From positions 110,494 through 174,493 of the forward strand of contig CAVPCS010000012.1 of the NCBI GenBank assembly GCA_963702505.1: 64,000 nucleotides of DNA, written 5' to 3'. Position numbers and translations under genes: made by a program. This DNA is from an uncultured Actinomycetes bacterium (lineage in GTDB: Bacteria > Actinomycetota > Thermoleophilia > Solirubrobacterales > Solirubrobacteraceae). This document shows positions 21,553-33,127 of this stretch, one piece after another. The notes under the pieces are model-generated. The model saw only the letters and a list, made by a program, of their open reading frames with translations, searched no databases and was not told the origin of the DNA. Every line of letters starts with the position of its first letter. The first letter of the stretch is position 1.

Positions 21553-22537
21553 TCAGGGCACCAGGACCGCGGCACCCTCGATCGCGCCCGCGCGGATCGC
21601 GTCGAGCGCGTCCTCCGCGCGCTCGAGCGGGGTAGGTCGTGACTGTCGTGCGCACCGGGAACGCGCGGAGCGAGGTCCAGGAACTCGAGCGCGTCCTCGC
21701 GGGTGAGGTTCGCGACCGAGCGGATCTGCCGCTCCTCCCACAGATCCGCGTAGGGGAACGACGGGATGTCGCTCATGTGGATCCCGGCGCAGACGACGAC
21801 GCCGCCGCGGTCGCACGCGCGCAGCGCCGCGGGGACGAGCTCGCCGGCCGGGGCGAAGATGATCGCGGCGTCGAGCGGCTCGGGACCGGGCGCGAGCGCG
21901 TCTCCCGCGGACGCGCAGCCGAGCCGGAGCGCGAAGGTCTGCGCGGCCGCGTCCTGCGCGCGCGTGAAGGCGTGGACGCGTGCGGCCCTGGTGGATCGCG
22001 ACCTGGGCGATGATGTGCGCCGCCGCGCCGAAGCCGTAGAGCCCGAGCCGGCGGGCCTCGCCCGTCATCCGCAGCGCGCGGTGGCCGATCAGCCCGGCGC
22101 AGAGCAGCGGCGCCACCTCCAGGTCGCCGTAGCCCTCGGGCAGCGGGAAGCAGTAGCGCTCGTCGGCGACCGTGAGCTCGGCGAACCCGCCGTGGATGTC
22201 GAGGCCCGTGAAGCGCGCGGCGGTGCAGAGGTTCTCGCGCCCGCTCGTGCAGAACGCGCAGGTGCCGTCCGTCCAGCCGAGCCACGGGACGCCGACGCGC
22301 GTGCCCGGCGTGGTGGTCGTCCCGGCGCCGCCGCGCTCGACGACCCCGACGATCTGGTGTCCCGGGACGATCGGCCGCGTGGTCGTCGTGACCTCGCCGT
22401 CGCGCACGTGGACGTCGGTGCGGCAGACGCCGCAGGCGCGCACGCGCAGCAGCAGCTGCGCCGTCGCCCGGGACCGGGTCGGGCAGCTCCGCCGCCCGCA
22501 GCGGGGTGCCCGGCTCGTCGAGGACCATCGCGCGCAC
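21553..22537 (-). CDS. zinc-binding alcohol dehydrogenase family protein; 2-3 apparent frameshifts
   Basis: Reads MRAMVLDEPGTPLRAAELPDP, then LLRVRACGVCRTDVHVRDGE (GHE/Cys zinc motif), then IVPGHQIVGVV and a Rossmann segment LGLYGFGAAAHIIAQVA, spread over three frames. Confidence 0.8.
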
Positions 22538-22563
22538 GCCACGGGTTCTACTCTGAAGTCGCG

Positions 22564-23148
22564 ATGCCCGCCAGAGCCGACAGCTTCGACCTCGCCCGGC
22601 TGAACCTCCGCTCCGGCGAGGGGAAGCGCCTCGAGCTCGAGGTCGAGCTGGGCAGCTTCCGGTTCGGCGAGGAGGGCTACGTCGCCGAGCCGTCGGTCGT
22701 GCCCGTGGTCCTCGACATCTCGCGGATGACGGGCAACGGCTGGGCGCTGCGGCTGCGGTTCGACGCGGCGCTGCGCGGCCCGTGCATGCGCTGCCTGGAG
22801 GATGCGGCGCCGAGCGTGGCGGTCGACGCGCGGGAGGTGCATCAGCCGGGCGGCGGCGACGACCTGGAGAGCCCGTACGTCGAGGGCGAGGAGCTCGATC
22901 TGCGTCAGTGGGCGCACGATGCGCTCGTCCTCGCGCTGCCGGTCCAGGTGCTCTGCCGCCCCGACTGCGCGGGGCTCTGCGTCGAGTGCGGCGCGGATCT
23001 CAACAAGGATCCCGACCACACGCACGGGCCGAAGCTGGACCCGCGCTGGGCGAAGCTGGGGGAGTTGGATCTGACATCGCCCTCGACAGGGCCGGCGGCG
23101 CGCAGCGACGCCGGAGACGATCTCAGCCCAGACGCCCAGGGGGCCTGA
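22564..23148 (+). CDS. yceD: YceD/DUF177 family protein (large-subunit rRNA accumulation protein)
   Basis: 195 aa. The C-terminus has two Cys pairs (CMRCLEDA ... CRPDCAGLCVECGADLN) typical of DUF177. It lies upstream of rpmF, as in most bacteria. Confidence 0.7.
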   Translation: MPARADSFDLARLNLRSGEGKRLELEVELGSFRFGEEGYVAEPSVVPVVLDISRMTGNGWALRLRFDAALRGPCMRCLEDAAPSVAVDAREVHQPGGGDDLESPYVEGEELDLRQWAHDALVLALPVQVLCRPDCAGLCVECGADLNKDPDHTHGPKLDPRWAKLGELDLTSPSTGPAARSDAGDDLSPDAQGA

Positions 23149-23988
23149 CTACAGGTACGCCCCGCTCGGCAGGAACGGCGTCAGCGTGCCCAGCTTCCCC
23201 TTGACGCACAGCGGGACCGTCCGGCGACAGCGGGAGCCGGGCATCCAGCGCCACGCGGATCGCCCATTGCTGGGCGCCGGTCATGAACAGCACCAGCGCC
23301 GTCATGCCGGGCGGGGCGCCGACGAGCGCGGCCCACAGCACGATCGCGGCGGCCTCCTCGTCGCGCGCCACGAGCTGCTGCACGAACCCCTCGCGCAGGC
23401 ACACCGTCGCGCGGTCCTCGTATACGAGCAGGCGCGAGCCGCCGTCGAGCGACTGCGCGATGTCGCCCGCGTAGCCGGCGCCGCGCACGCCCCGCGCGAG
23501 CTCGTCGACGAGCGGCAGCCCGGCCGCTCCCGCCTCCTCGACGGCTGCGACCCCGTCGGGCGCGCGCCGCAGGTCCGGCACGCCGACCGCGGCGAACGAC
23601 GGGAGCAGGTCGAACCCCGCGCCGCCGTACACGCGCATCGCCGCGGGCTTCTCCGACGAGAGGATGATCCAGCCCTCCGCGCCCCGCTCCTCGCCGTATG
23701 CGAGCGACCGGCGCAGCAGCTCGCGGCCGACGCCCCTGCCCTGCAGGTCCTCGTCCACCGCGAACAGCGAGAAGCCCCACAGCCGCTCGCGCACGATCCC
23801 GATCGCCACGCCCGCGACCTCGCCGCCGCGCTCGGCCACCCAGGCCCCCGCGGGGTCGGTGCTGCGGGGATGCTCGATCCGGGCGATCGAGCGGGCGCGC
23901 TGCACCTCGCGGGTGACGTTCGGGTCGTCCTCGAACAGGACGCGGTCGCAGAGGTCGTAGACGGCGGGCGCCTCGCCCTCCGCCATCG
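23123..23988 (-). CDS. GNAT family N-acetyltransferase
   Basis: Reads MAEGEAPAVYDLCDRVLFED...VAGVAIGIVRERLWGFSLFAVDEDLQGRGVGRELLRRSL (acetyl-CoA binding R/Q-x-x-G-x-G/A). The start taken is the Met at 23986-23988. It lies antisense between yceD and rpmF. Confidence 0.7.
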
Positions 23989-24079
23989 GCCGGATCACGA
24001 CGCCTGCAGGCAGCACGCGGCCAGTCAACCACGCCGGCCCGTCGGCTGCGAGGCGGATCCCGCTACCCTGTCCTGCCTC

Positions 24080-24283
24080 ATGGCCGTTCCCAAGCAGCGA
24101 CAGTCGCACTCCCGCACGACGAAGCGCCGTTCGACGCACAAGCTCAGCGCGCCGACGTACAACTCGTGCCCGCAGTGCCACACCCCGCGTCTCCCGCATC
24201 GCGTCTGCCCGACGTGCGGGACGTACGCCGGCCGTGAGGTCGTCGCGCCCAGCGCGCACGACCACCACGATCACGACCACTAG
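24080..24283 (+). CDS. rpmF: 50S ribosomal protein L32
   Basis: MAVPKQRQSHSRTTKRRSTHKLSAPTYNSCPQCHTPRLPHRVCPTCGTYAGREV is a Cys4-type L32. An unusual His-rich tail follows (SAHDHHDHDH). Confidence 0.85.
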   Translation: MAVPKQRQSHSRTTKRRSTHKLSAPTYNSCPQCHTPRLPHRVCPTCGTYAGREVVAPSAHDHHDHDH

Positions 24284-24291
24284 CTGAGCTC

Positions 24292-25359
24292 GTGACCCCG
24301 GCGGTCACGGTCGCGGTCGACGCAGGAGGCGCGGACCTCGGTCCCGCCGAGGTCGCCGCGGGCGCCGCCATCGCCGCGCAGCAGGGCGTGCGCGTCGTGC
24401 TCTTCGGCGCCGCCGCGGAGATCGGCGACGTCCCGGCGGGCGTCGAGGTCGTCGACGCGCCGGTCTCGATCGCCAAGGCGGCCGATCCGGCGCGCGCGGT
24501 GCGCGCCACGCCGGAGTCCTCGATCGTCCAGGCGGCCCGCGCCGTCGCCGCCGGGGACGCCGACGCGCTCGTCAGCGGCGGCTCCACCGGCGCGGCGCTC
24601 GCGGCGGGGCTCTTCGAGATCAAGCGCGACCGCGGCATCTACCGGCCGGCGCTCGCGACGCCGGTCCCGGTCCCGGGGAACCCGATCACGCTCGTGGACG
24701 TCGGCGCCAACACCGAGGTGCGCCCCGAGCACCTCGTCCAGTTCGCGTTCATGGGCGCGGCGCTCGCCCAGGTCGTGCTGGGCGTCGAGCGCCCGCGGGT
24801 CGGCCTGCTCTCCAACGGCGAGGAACCGACGAAGGGCACGCCGCTGGTCATCGCGGCACACGCCGCGCTGGCCGAGCGGGCCGCGGCGGCCCCCAGCGCG
24901 CTGACCTTCGTCGGGAACGTCGAGGGGACCGACCTGACGACCGGGGTCGCGGACGTCATCGTCACCGACGGGTTCACCGGCAACGTCGTGCTGAAGACCA
25001 TGGAGGGCGTCTCGCAGGTCCTGCTGGGCGCGGTCCGCGACGCCGCGACGTCCGGTCCCCGGGCGAAGGCCGGCGGCGCGCTCCTGCGGCCCGCGCTGCG
25101 CGGCCTGCGCGACGAGATCGATCCCGAGGGGCCCGGCGGGGCGTACCTGCTCGGGCTGCGGCGCCTGGGCGTGGTGCCGCACGGGCGGTTCACGCGCTAC
25201 GGCTTCTCGCAGGCGATCCTGCTCGCCGCGCGGGGCGTCTCGGGGGACGTCGTGGGCCGCACCCACGCGGCGCTCGACGCCGCGGGGGCGCTGCGGCGCC
25301 GGACGGGCTCCGAGGGCGAGGCGGCGTCCGGTCCCGCGTCTAGCGTGTCCGCGTCATGA
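24292..25359 (+). CDS. plsX: phosphate acyltransferase PlsX
   Basis: Intact 355 aa. It reads LVSGGSTGA and VVTDGFTGNVVLK, and its position rpmF-plsX-acpP is the conserved one. Confidence 0.9.
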   Translation: MTPAVTVAVDAGGADLGPAEVAAGAAIAAQQGVRVVLFGAAAEIGDVPAGVEVVDAPVSIAKAADPARAVRATPESSIVQAARAVAAGDADALVSGGSTGAALAAGLFEIKRDRGIYRPALATPVPVPGNPITLVDVGANTEVRPEHLVQFAFMGAALAQVVLGVERPRVGLLSNGEEPTKGTPLVIAAHAALAERAAAAPSALTFVGNVEGTDLTTGVADVIVTDGFTGNVVLKTMEGVSQVLLGAVRDAATSGPRAKAGGALLRPALRGLRDEIDPEGPGGAYLLGLRRLGVVPHGRFTRYGFSQAILLAARGVSGDVVGRTHAALDAAGALRRRTGSEGEAASGPASSVSAS

Positions 25360-25607
25360 CCCACGACGAGGTCCTTCAGCGCATCCGTGAGCATCTCGCA
25401 GACGAGCTCGATCTCGAGCCGTCGGCGATCCTCGGGGAGTCGCGCTTCAAGGAGGACCTCGAGGCGGATTCGCTCGATCTGTACACGCTCGTCCAGGAAC
25501 TCGAGGACACCTACGGGGTCTCGATGTCCGACGAGCAGGCGGCGAAGATCCTCACCGTCGGTCAGGCGGTCGACTTCGTCCTCGCCCACGCCTCCCGCAC
25601 CACCTGA
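25356..25607 (+). CDS. acpP: acyl carrier protein
   Basis: 83 aa. The phosphopantetheine attachment context is EDLEADSLDLYTLV (DSLD). Confidence 0.9.
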   Translation: MTHDEVLQRIREHLADELDLEPSAILGESRFKEDLEADSLDLYTLVQELEDTYGVSMSDEQAAKILTVGQAVDFVLAHASRTT

Positions 25608-25610
25608 GCC

Positions 25611-26291
25611 CTGCAGCTCCTCAGCGATCTTCTCGACGAGCTGCCGGAGGATCTCTACCGGCAGGTCTTCACGCACGCCTCGTGGAGCGACAGGCGTGCG
25701 GACTCGTACGCGCGCCTGGCCTTCCTGGGCGACAGCGTCCTCGGGCTCGCGATGACCGCGCACCTCTACCCGCGGCTGGAGGCCGAGCGCTACGGGGCGG
25801 GGCGGCTGACGAAGATCCGCGCGCAGACGGTGTCCGGCCCCTCGTGCCGGGACGTCGCGGAGCGCCTGGGCGTCCCCGACCGGCTGCGGGCGTCCGCGCC
25901 GGAGGCGATGACGGTGCCCGACACGGTGATGACCGAGCGCGTGCTCGCGTCGGTGATCGAGGCCGTGATCGGCGCGTGCTTCCTGCATGCCGGGTACGAG
26001 CGCACGGCGGCCGCGGTGGTCGAGGCATTCGCCCCGGAGCTGGAGCACGCGCTGGAGCACCCGGTGGACTTCAAGTCGACGTTCCAGGAGCGGCTGGCAC
26101 AGCGCGGCGAGATCGTCGTGTACGAGGTGTCCGAGGAGCTCGGGCCGCCGCACGACCGCATCTTCCGGGTGCTGGCCACGGTGGACGGCCGGGTCGTCGG
26201 CACGGGGACGGGACGGTCGAAGAAGGCCGCCGAGCAGGAAGCCGCGCGGCTCGCGCTGGACGACGTCGAGGCCGTCGAGGAGGACGCCTGA
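25611..26291 (+). CDS. rnc: ribonuclease III
   Basis: The RNase III signature is ARLAFLGDSVLGLAM (upstream frame, open from 25611). The dsRBD reads FKSTFQERLAQRGEIVVYEV...GTGTGRSKKAAEQEAARLAL. The exact start codon is unclear. Confidence 0.85.
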   Translation: MQLLSDLLDELPEDLYRQVFTHASWSDRRADSYARLAFLGDSVLGLAMTAHLYPRLEAERYGAGRLTKIRAQTVSGPSCRDVAERLGVPDRLRASAPEAMTVPDTVMTERVLASVIEAVIGACFLHAGYERTAAAVVEAFAPELEHALEHPVDFKSTFQERLAQRGEIVVYEVSEELGPPHDRIFRVLATVDGRVVGTGTGRSKKAAEQEAARLALDDVEAVEEDA

Positions 26292-26292
26292 C

Positions 26293-29200
26293 ATGCACCT
26301 GAAGTCGATCACCCTCAAGGGGTTCAAGTCCTTTCCCGACCGCACGACGCTGCAGTTCGCGCCCGGGGTGTCGGTCGTCGTCGGGCCGAACGGCTCGGGG
26401 AAGTCCAACGTCACCGACGCCGTGCTGTGGTGCATGGGGGAGCAGTCCCCGCTCGCGGTGCGCGGCCAGTCGATGCAGGACGTCATCTTCTCCGGCGGGC
26501 ACGGCGTGCAGGCGCGCTCGTCGGCCGAGGTCGAGCTGATCCTCGACAACTCCTCGGGCGCGATCGACCTGCCGATGGGCGAGATCGCGATCAGCCGCCG
26601 GCTGGACCGCAGCGGCGAGGGCGAGTACCGGCTGAACGGGGCGAAGTGCCGCCTGGTGGACGTGCTCGAGGTCCTGTCCGACACCGGGCTGGGCAAGGAG
26701 ATGCACTCGGTCGTCAGCCAGGGCCGCGTCGAGTCGATCGTCACGTCCAAGCCGAAGGACCGCCGCCTGCTCATCGAGGAGGCCGCCGGCCTCGGCAAGC
26801 ACCGCAAGCGCCGCCGCCGGGCCCAGCTGAAGCTCGACCGCACGCAGGAGAACCTCGACCGGGCGCTCGACGTCGAGCGCGAGGCCCGCTCGCGCCTGCG
26901 TCCGCTCAAGCGCCAGGCCGAGGCGGCCGAACTGCACGAGCGCCTGGAGCGCCAGACGCTCGAGGCGCGCTGGGAGCTGGCGCGGGACGACGTGCGCGCC
27001 CGCCGCGCCGAGCTCGCCGCGGCCCAGGATGCGGCGATCGCCGCCCGCACGGCCCGCGCCGAGGCGGACGCCGAGCTCGCGCAGGTCGCGGCCCGTCGCG
27101 AGCGCGCCGAGCAGGCGCTGGCCGAGCGCACCGAGCGCCGTGAGGCGATCGCCCGGCGCGCGGAGCGCGCGCGCACCGCGGCCGACCGCATCGAGGTCCG
27201 CCTGGAGCGCACGGCCGAGACCATCGAGATGGTCGCCGAGCGCCTCGGCCCACCGCACCCGCCGGCTCGACGTGCTCCGGGCCCAGGCCGAGGCCGACGC
27301 CCCGGATGAGGCGGGCAACGCGCGCATCGAGGCGCTGGAGGCCGAGCTGACGCGCCTGGACGCCGAGCGGGCGCAGGAGCTCGAGCGGGAGCTCGCAGGC
27401 CTTGAGGCCGAGCGCGCCGCCGCCGCGGCGCGCGCCGCCGAGCTCGGCGAGCGGGTCGCCGTGGCCGCCGCCGCGCTGACGGAGGCCGACGAGGGCGCCG
27501 AGGTCGCGCGCGGCGCGCTGCGCGCCGCCGAGCGCTCGGCCGAGGAGTGCCGCCGCGAGGCCGCGCGCGTCGGCGCCGAGCTCGCCGCCGCCAACCAGTT
27601 CCTGCGCTCGCACGCCTCGGCGCCGAGCGGGGAGCGCGCGCTCGCGGACGACCTCGAGGTCGAGCCCGGGTACGAACTCGCCGTCGCCGCGGCGCTCGGC
27701 GGGCGGCTGCGCGCCGCCATCGTCGCCGACCGCGCCGCGGGCGACGGCGCTGCTCGAGCGCCTCGGCGCCGACGGCGGGACGACGCTGGTCGCCGGGACG
27801 GCGCCCGCAGCCGCCGGCGCGGCGCTCACCGGCGCCCGGTGCCCGCCCGCTGGCCGAGCTCGTGCGCGGCCCCGATGCGACGGCCGACCTGGCGCGCCGC
27901 CTGCTGGCCGGCGCGTGGGTGGTGGACGACCTGGCGACGGTGCCCGAGGACTTCACCGGCGTGGCCGTCACGCGCGCCGGCCGCGCGTGGGTCGGTGCGA
28001 CGCGGGAGCTGCGCCAGGCGCCGCAGGGCGGCGGCGAGCGGGTGCTCGCCGAGCGCAACCGGCGCGAGGCGCTCGTCGCGGAGACCGAGCTGACGGCGAG
28101 CGCCGAGCGCGCCGCGCTGGGCGCCGTGGAGGCCGCTGCGCAGGCCGTCGCGGCCGCCGAGGCCACGCGCGAGGCGGCAGAGCGCGAGCGGCGCGAGGCC
28201 GGCCGCGCGCTGGCCGCCGCGCAGGAGGCCGAGCGGCGGTCCGGATGGCTCATCGACGAGCGCCGCGCGGCGCCCGACCAGGGGTCCTCGGCCGTCCGCC
28301 GGGCCCAGGTCGAGGGTGAGCTGGCGGCCGAGCGGCGCGTCGCCGAGCGCGCGGCCCGCGAGCGTGAGGAGCGCGCGGCCGCGATCGAGCGCCTGCGCGT
28401 GTCCGTCGCCCGCGACACCGCGCTCGCACCGGCGGCCGCGCGGCTCGCCGAGGTGCTGCGCGACGCGCTGGAGGCCGTCACCGCGCGCGTGGCGACGATC
28501 GAGGAGGAGCTGCTCGCCGATCGCCGCGAGGGCGAGGGCGTCGCGGCCGAGCTGCGCACGTGCGCGGGCCTCGAGGCGGAGATCCAGCAGCGCCTGCGCG
28601 AGTGCGGCGACGCGGTCACGACCGCCGAGGTGCGGGCGCAGCAGGCGCGCGACCAGGAGGCCGAGGCGTCCTCCGAGCTGCGGCAGGTCGCCGAGCGGCT
28701 GGGCCTGGACGCGGAGCCCGCCGAGGAGCCGCTGGACGCGGAGGCCGCGGCGGCCCTGCGCGAGCGCATCGGCCGGCTCCAGCGCCGCCGCGAGCAGCTC
28801 GGGCCGGTGAACCCGCTGGCGAAGGCGGAGTACGAGGAGGCGCTCGCGCACGTCGAGGAGCTCGAGGCCAGCGCACCGACCTGGAGACCGCGCTGCGCGA
28901 GCTGCGCTCGCTGATCCGCGAGACCGACCGCCAGATCCGCGAGACCTTCGAGGAGACGTTCGCGGCGGCCGCCAAGAACTTCGAGGAGCTCGCCGCCCAC
29001 TGCTTCCCCGGCGGTCGCGGGCGCCTGCGGCTCGTGCGCGAGGACAGCGGGCCGAAGGGCGTGCTCGGCGGGGCCGACCCGGCCGACGAGGGCGCGCAGC
29101 TCGCGGCGGCCGAGGCCGAGGCGGAGGCCGAGGTCGAGAAGGAGCTCGGCGAGCCGGAGGACGACCTCGGCGTCGAGATCGAGATCACGCCGGCCGGCAA

Positions 29201-29535
29201 GTCGATGAAGCGGCTGACGCTCCTGTCCGGCGGCGAGAAGTCGATGACCGCGATCGCGTTCCTGTTCGCGGTCTTCCTCGCCAAGCCGTGCCCGTTCTAC
29301 ATCCTCGACGAGGTCGAGGCCGCGCTGGACGACCTCAACATCGGGCGGTTCCTGGAGCTGCTGCGCACCTACCGCGACCGCGCGCAGTTCATCGTCGTCA
29401 CCCACCAGAAGCGCACGATGGAGGCGGCCGACATGCTCTACGGCGTCTCGATGGGCGGCGACGGCGTCTCGAAGGTCGTCTCCCGCCGCCTGCCGCAGGA
29501 GGCGGTGGCCGAGGCCGTCGAGCGCCGCGGCCTGA
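26293..29535 (+). CDS. smc: chromosome segregation protein SMC; multiple apparent frameshifts
   Basis: The N-terminus is MHLKSITLKGFKSFPDRTTLQFAPGVSVVVGPNGSGKSNVTDAVLWCMGEQS. The C-terminus is LSGGEKSMTAIAFLFAVFLAKPCPFYILDEVEAALDDLNIGRFLELL and QFIVVTHQKRTMEAADMLYGVSM. Long coiled-coil arms lie between them, fragmented over at least 4 frames. The 3' end is approximate. Confidence 0.85.
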
Positions 29536-29619
29536 GGCGCGGCCCGGTGCGCCCGAGGACGCGCTCGCGCGGCTGCCGGTTCCCGCGCGGCGCGCCGGCC
29601 TACCGGGCCGCGCACGCGC

Positions 29620-30071
29620 GTGCTCCGGGTCTGGTGGCTCGTCCGCCGCCCGCACACGCGGGGGGTCAAGTGCGTCCTGCGCCACGAGGGGCGCGTCCTG
29701 TTCGTGCGCCACACCTACGGGGACCGCGCCGCCTGGGAGCTCCCAGGCGGCGGGCTGCGCCGCGGCGAGGCGCCCGCGGCGCCGCCGCGCGCGAGGCCCG
29801 GGAGGAGCTCGGGATCCACGCCGCGTGGACGGAGATCGCCACGATCCGGGCACGCGGCCGGCCCAAGACCACGACGCTCACCGTGTTCGTCGCGGACCTC
29901 CCGGGATCGGGCGGATCCCGGTCCCGCTGCGCGGGAGTCCGTCAGCCCGATCGCATGTCCGTCGATCCGGGGGAGATCGCGGAGGCGCGATGGGCCACGC
30001 TCGAGCATCCGCCGCGTCCGCTCTCGCCGTCCGCCGCCGTGATCCTCGACCTCGGGCGCGCGGCGTCCTAG
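29620..30071 (+). CDS. NUDIX hydrolase; one apparent frameshift
   Basis: Reads VKCVLRHEGRVLFVRHTYGDRAAWELPGGGLRRGE, then the Nudix box REAREELGI in the adjacent frame, ending at 30071. Confidence 0.65.
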
Positions 30072-30080
30072 GCTGCGCAC

Positions 30081-31559
30081 ATGCCGATCCGCCTCCGTCC
30101 CGTGCTCATGGCCGCCGTCGTCGCGCTCGCGGCGGTCGCAGCGGCTCCCGCCAACGCCGCACCGCAGGTCAGCGGCGTCTTCGACCTCCCGGGCGTGGCG
30201 ACGAACAGCCAGCTCACGGTCGGGCCGGACGGGGACGTCTGGGTCGCGCTGGACCAGGCCGTCGGCCGCGTCAGCCCCGCGGGGTCGGTCACCGTCCTGC
30301 AGGCCGGCGACCTGGGCGGCACGATCGGCTTCCCCGCCGGCGGGATCACCTCAGCCGACGGGTTCATCTGGGTCAGCCAGACGCCGGGAGCCGGCAAGGA
30401 GGCCCTCGTGAAGATCCCGCCGGCGAATCCCGGGGCCGCTGCGGGTGTCCCGGGCACCGGCATCGCCGCGGGCAGCACGGCCGTCACCACGGGACCGGAC
30501 GGGAACGTCTGGGTCGCGACGGCCGGGAAGATCACGAAGGTCCCGCCGGGCAACCCGGCGACGGCGACCTCCTATCCGGTCACCGGGCTCGCGCCGAAGG
30601 CCCTCGCGACGTCGGGTGACGGCACGCTCTGGGTCACCGACACGGGCAACGGCGGGCGGTTGCTGAACGTCACGACGACCGGCTCCGTCACGTCGTATGC
30701 GGCCGGGGGCACGCAGCCGCAGTTCCTCGCGGCCTCGCCCACGGGCCAGGTGGTCTACGGCCTCCCCAACAATTCGCCGCAGCAGATCGCCCGGCTGGTC
30801 CCGGGCGGCCTGCCGCTCCTGACGGACCGGCCCAGCGGCAGCGACCCGTTCGGCGTGACGTACGGCGCGGACGGCGCGTTCTGGGTCGCCGAGTTCGCCG
30901 GGAACCGCCTGGCGCGCGTGACCCCCGACGGCACCCTCACGACGCTCGGCGGCCTGCCCGTCGTCGCCGGACAGGGTCCGCGGCAGCTGACGGCCGCGGG
31001 CACCACGCTCTGGGTCACCCTCGACAAGCCGGGGGACAGCGCCCTCTCGAAGATCGCGCGCGTGGTGGGCGTCGATCCGCCGGCGCCGGTCCAGCCGACC
31101 CCGCCGCCGGGCCCGAGCCTGCCCGCGGGCGGCGACGTCACGCCCCCCGTCGTCTCGCTCACGCTCTCCCGCGCCCGGTTCCGCCCGGCCGCCGGGTCGA
31201 CCGCGATCGGCGCGGCCACGCGCAGGACGGCGGCCGGCACGACGCTCTCGGTGCAGCTGTCGGAGCGCGCAGCGGTCCGGCTGCCCGTCGCCCGCGCGCT
31301 CGCGGGCCGGCGCGTCGGCGGTCGCTGTGTGAAGCCCACCACCCGCAACCGCCGGGCGGCCGCGCGCTGCGCCCGCTGGACGACGGTCCGCACCCTGACC
31401 CGGACGCTGCCCGCCGGCACGACGAAGGTCGCGTTCACCGCCCGCTTCGCGGGGCGCGCCCTGCCGGCCGGGGCCTACCGGATCGCGGCGACGGCGACCG
31501 ACACGGCCGGCCTGCGCGGCACCGCGGCGCCGGTGCGCTTCACGATCGTGCGCCGCTGA
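30081..31559 (+). CDS. secreted beta-propeller protein (Vgb/streptogramin-lyase-like repeats) with C-terminal Ig-like domain
   Basis: Intact 492 aa. A signal peptide is followed by repeated motifs: [60 protein letters not shown]. The family assignment is inference. Confidence 0.55.
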   Translation: MPIRLRPVLMAAVVALAAVAAAPANAAPQVSGVFDLPGVATNSQLTVGPDGDVWVALDQAVGRVSPAGSVTVLQAGDLGGTIGFPAGGITSADGFIWVSQTPGAGKEALVKIPPANPGAAAGVPGTGIAAGSTAVTTGPDGNVWVATAGKITKVPPGNPATATSYPVTGLAPKALATSGDGTLWVTDTGNGGRLLNVTTTGSVTSYAAGGTQPQFLAASPTGQVVYGLPNNSPQQIARLVPGGLPLLTDRPSGSDPFGVTYGADGAFWVAEFAGNRLARVTPDGTLTTLGGLPVVAGQGPRQLTAAGTTLWVTLDKPGDSALSKIARVVGVDPPAPVQPTPPPGPSLPAGGDVTPPVVSLTLSRARFRPAAGSTAIGAATRRTAAGTTLSVQLSERAAVRLPVARALAGRRVGGRCVKPTTRNRRAAARCARWTTVRTLTRTLPAGTTKVAFTARFAGRALPAGAYRIAATATDTAGLRGTAAPVRFTIVRR

Positions 31560-31563
31560 CGGG

Positions 31564-32040
31564 TCACAGCGCCTTCTCGCCCCAGAACGCCGCCGCGGGG
31601 TTCCCGTTGTAGTCGGGGATCTCGCGGTAGCCGGCCGACAGGTACAGCGCCCGGGCATGCGGCTGGCGCGGTCCGGTGTCGAGGCGCACGCGCGCGTAGC
31701 CCAGCTCGCGCGCCGCGTCCTCGAGCGCGCCGAGCAGCGCCCGCGCGAGGCCGCGCGAGCGGCCGGCCGGGGCGACGTACATCCGCTTGATCTCCGCCAC
31801 GCCGTCCTCCAGGCGCTTGACCGCGCCGACGCAGACGGGTTCCTCGCCGATCCGGCCGACGAGGCAGACGCCGCCCGGCGGGCCGAAGTCCTCGGCGCTC
31901 GCGCTCGGCATGCCCGGCCGGTCGATCCGGCCGTAGAACGCCTCGAGCTCCGCGACCATCGCCTCGATCAGGTCGCGCGCGGGCGGGTCGCCCGCGTCGC
32001 ACGGGGCGAACCGGACGGGGGTCCCGGTCGGGCTCGGTCA
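31564..32040 (-). CDS. GNAT family N-acetyltransferase; one apparent frameshift near the N-terminus
   Basis: Reads [54 protein letters not shown]. An N-terminal extension is found in the adjacent frame. Confidence 0.7.
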
Positions 32041-32061
32041 CCCCGCTATCGTCGCGCATCC

Positions 32062-33070
32062 ATGGCGCGCGACTGGTCCGACGTCTTCCTCCTCGACCGC
32101 CCCGAGACGGCCGCGGCGGTCGCCCCGGAGCCCGAGGCGGAGCCCGAGGAGCGCCGGCGCGGGATGTTCGCCCGCCTGCGGGAGAACCTCGGGAAGACGC
32201 GCGCCGCGCTGGCCGCCGAGGTCCAGGCGACGCTCTTCGACACGCTCGACGACGAGACCTGGGAGCGCCTGGAGGAGGCGCTGATCATGGCCGACGTCGG
32301 CGCGCGCACCACCGCGGAGGTCGTCGAGCGCCTGGAGCACGAGGCGACGAGCGGCGCGGTCGAGGGCGGGCCCGCGCTGCAGGCGCGCCTGATCGAGCTG
32401 CTCGCCGAGCAGGCGCGCGCCGAGGACGGCGGGCGGATCGACCTGCGGCACGCGCCGACGGTGATCATGGTCGCCGGGGTCAACGGCACGGGCAAGACGA
32501 CGACGATCGGCAAGCTCGCGTGGCACCTCACGCAGGACCAGGGGCTGCGCGTGGTGCTCGGCGCCGCCGACACGTTCCGCGCCGCCGCCGTCGAGCAGCT
32601 CGAGGAGTGGGCGCGCCGCGCCGGCTGCGAGCTCGTCAAGGGCGACGCCGAGCGCCGACCCCGGCTCGGTGGCCTTCGAGGCGATCCGGCGCGGGCGCGA
32701 GCAGGGCGCCGACGTCGTGATCGTCGACACCGCCGGGCGCCTGCACACGCAGGACGACCTGATGGCGGAGCTGACGAAGGTCCGCCGCGTCATCGCCAAG
32801 CAGCTCGACGGCGCCCCGCACGAGACGCTGCTCGACCGTCGACGCGACGACGGGCCAGAACGGCCTGCGGCAGGCGCAGCTGTTCTCGCCGCCACGCCGG
32901 TGACCGGCATCGTGCTCACGAAGCTCGACGGGACGGCGAAGGGCGGCATCGCGCTGGCGATCGCGCGCGATCTCGGGATCCCGGTGAAGCTCATCGGCGT
33001 CGGCGAGCAGCTCGAGGATCTGCGCCCGTTCGACGCGGACGAGTACGCGCGGGCGCTGCTGGCGTCCTGA
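32062..33070 (+). CDS. ftsY: signal recognition particle receptor FtsY; one apparent frameshift near 32650
   Basis: The NG domain reads [46 protein letters not shown] and [11 protein letters not shown]. Confidence 0.85.
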
Positions 33071-33127
33071 GCCGCAGCGGCCACCCGCCGGGCGTCCGCC
33101 CGACCCCGCGATACGCTGCGCGGCGAG

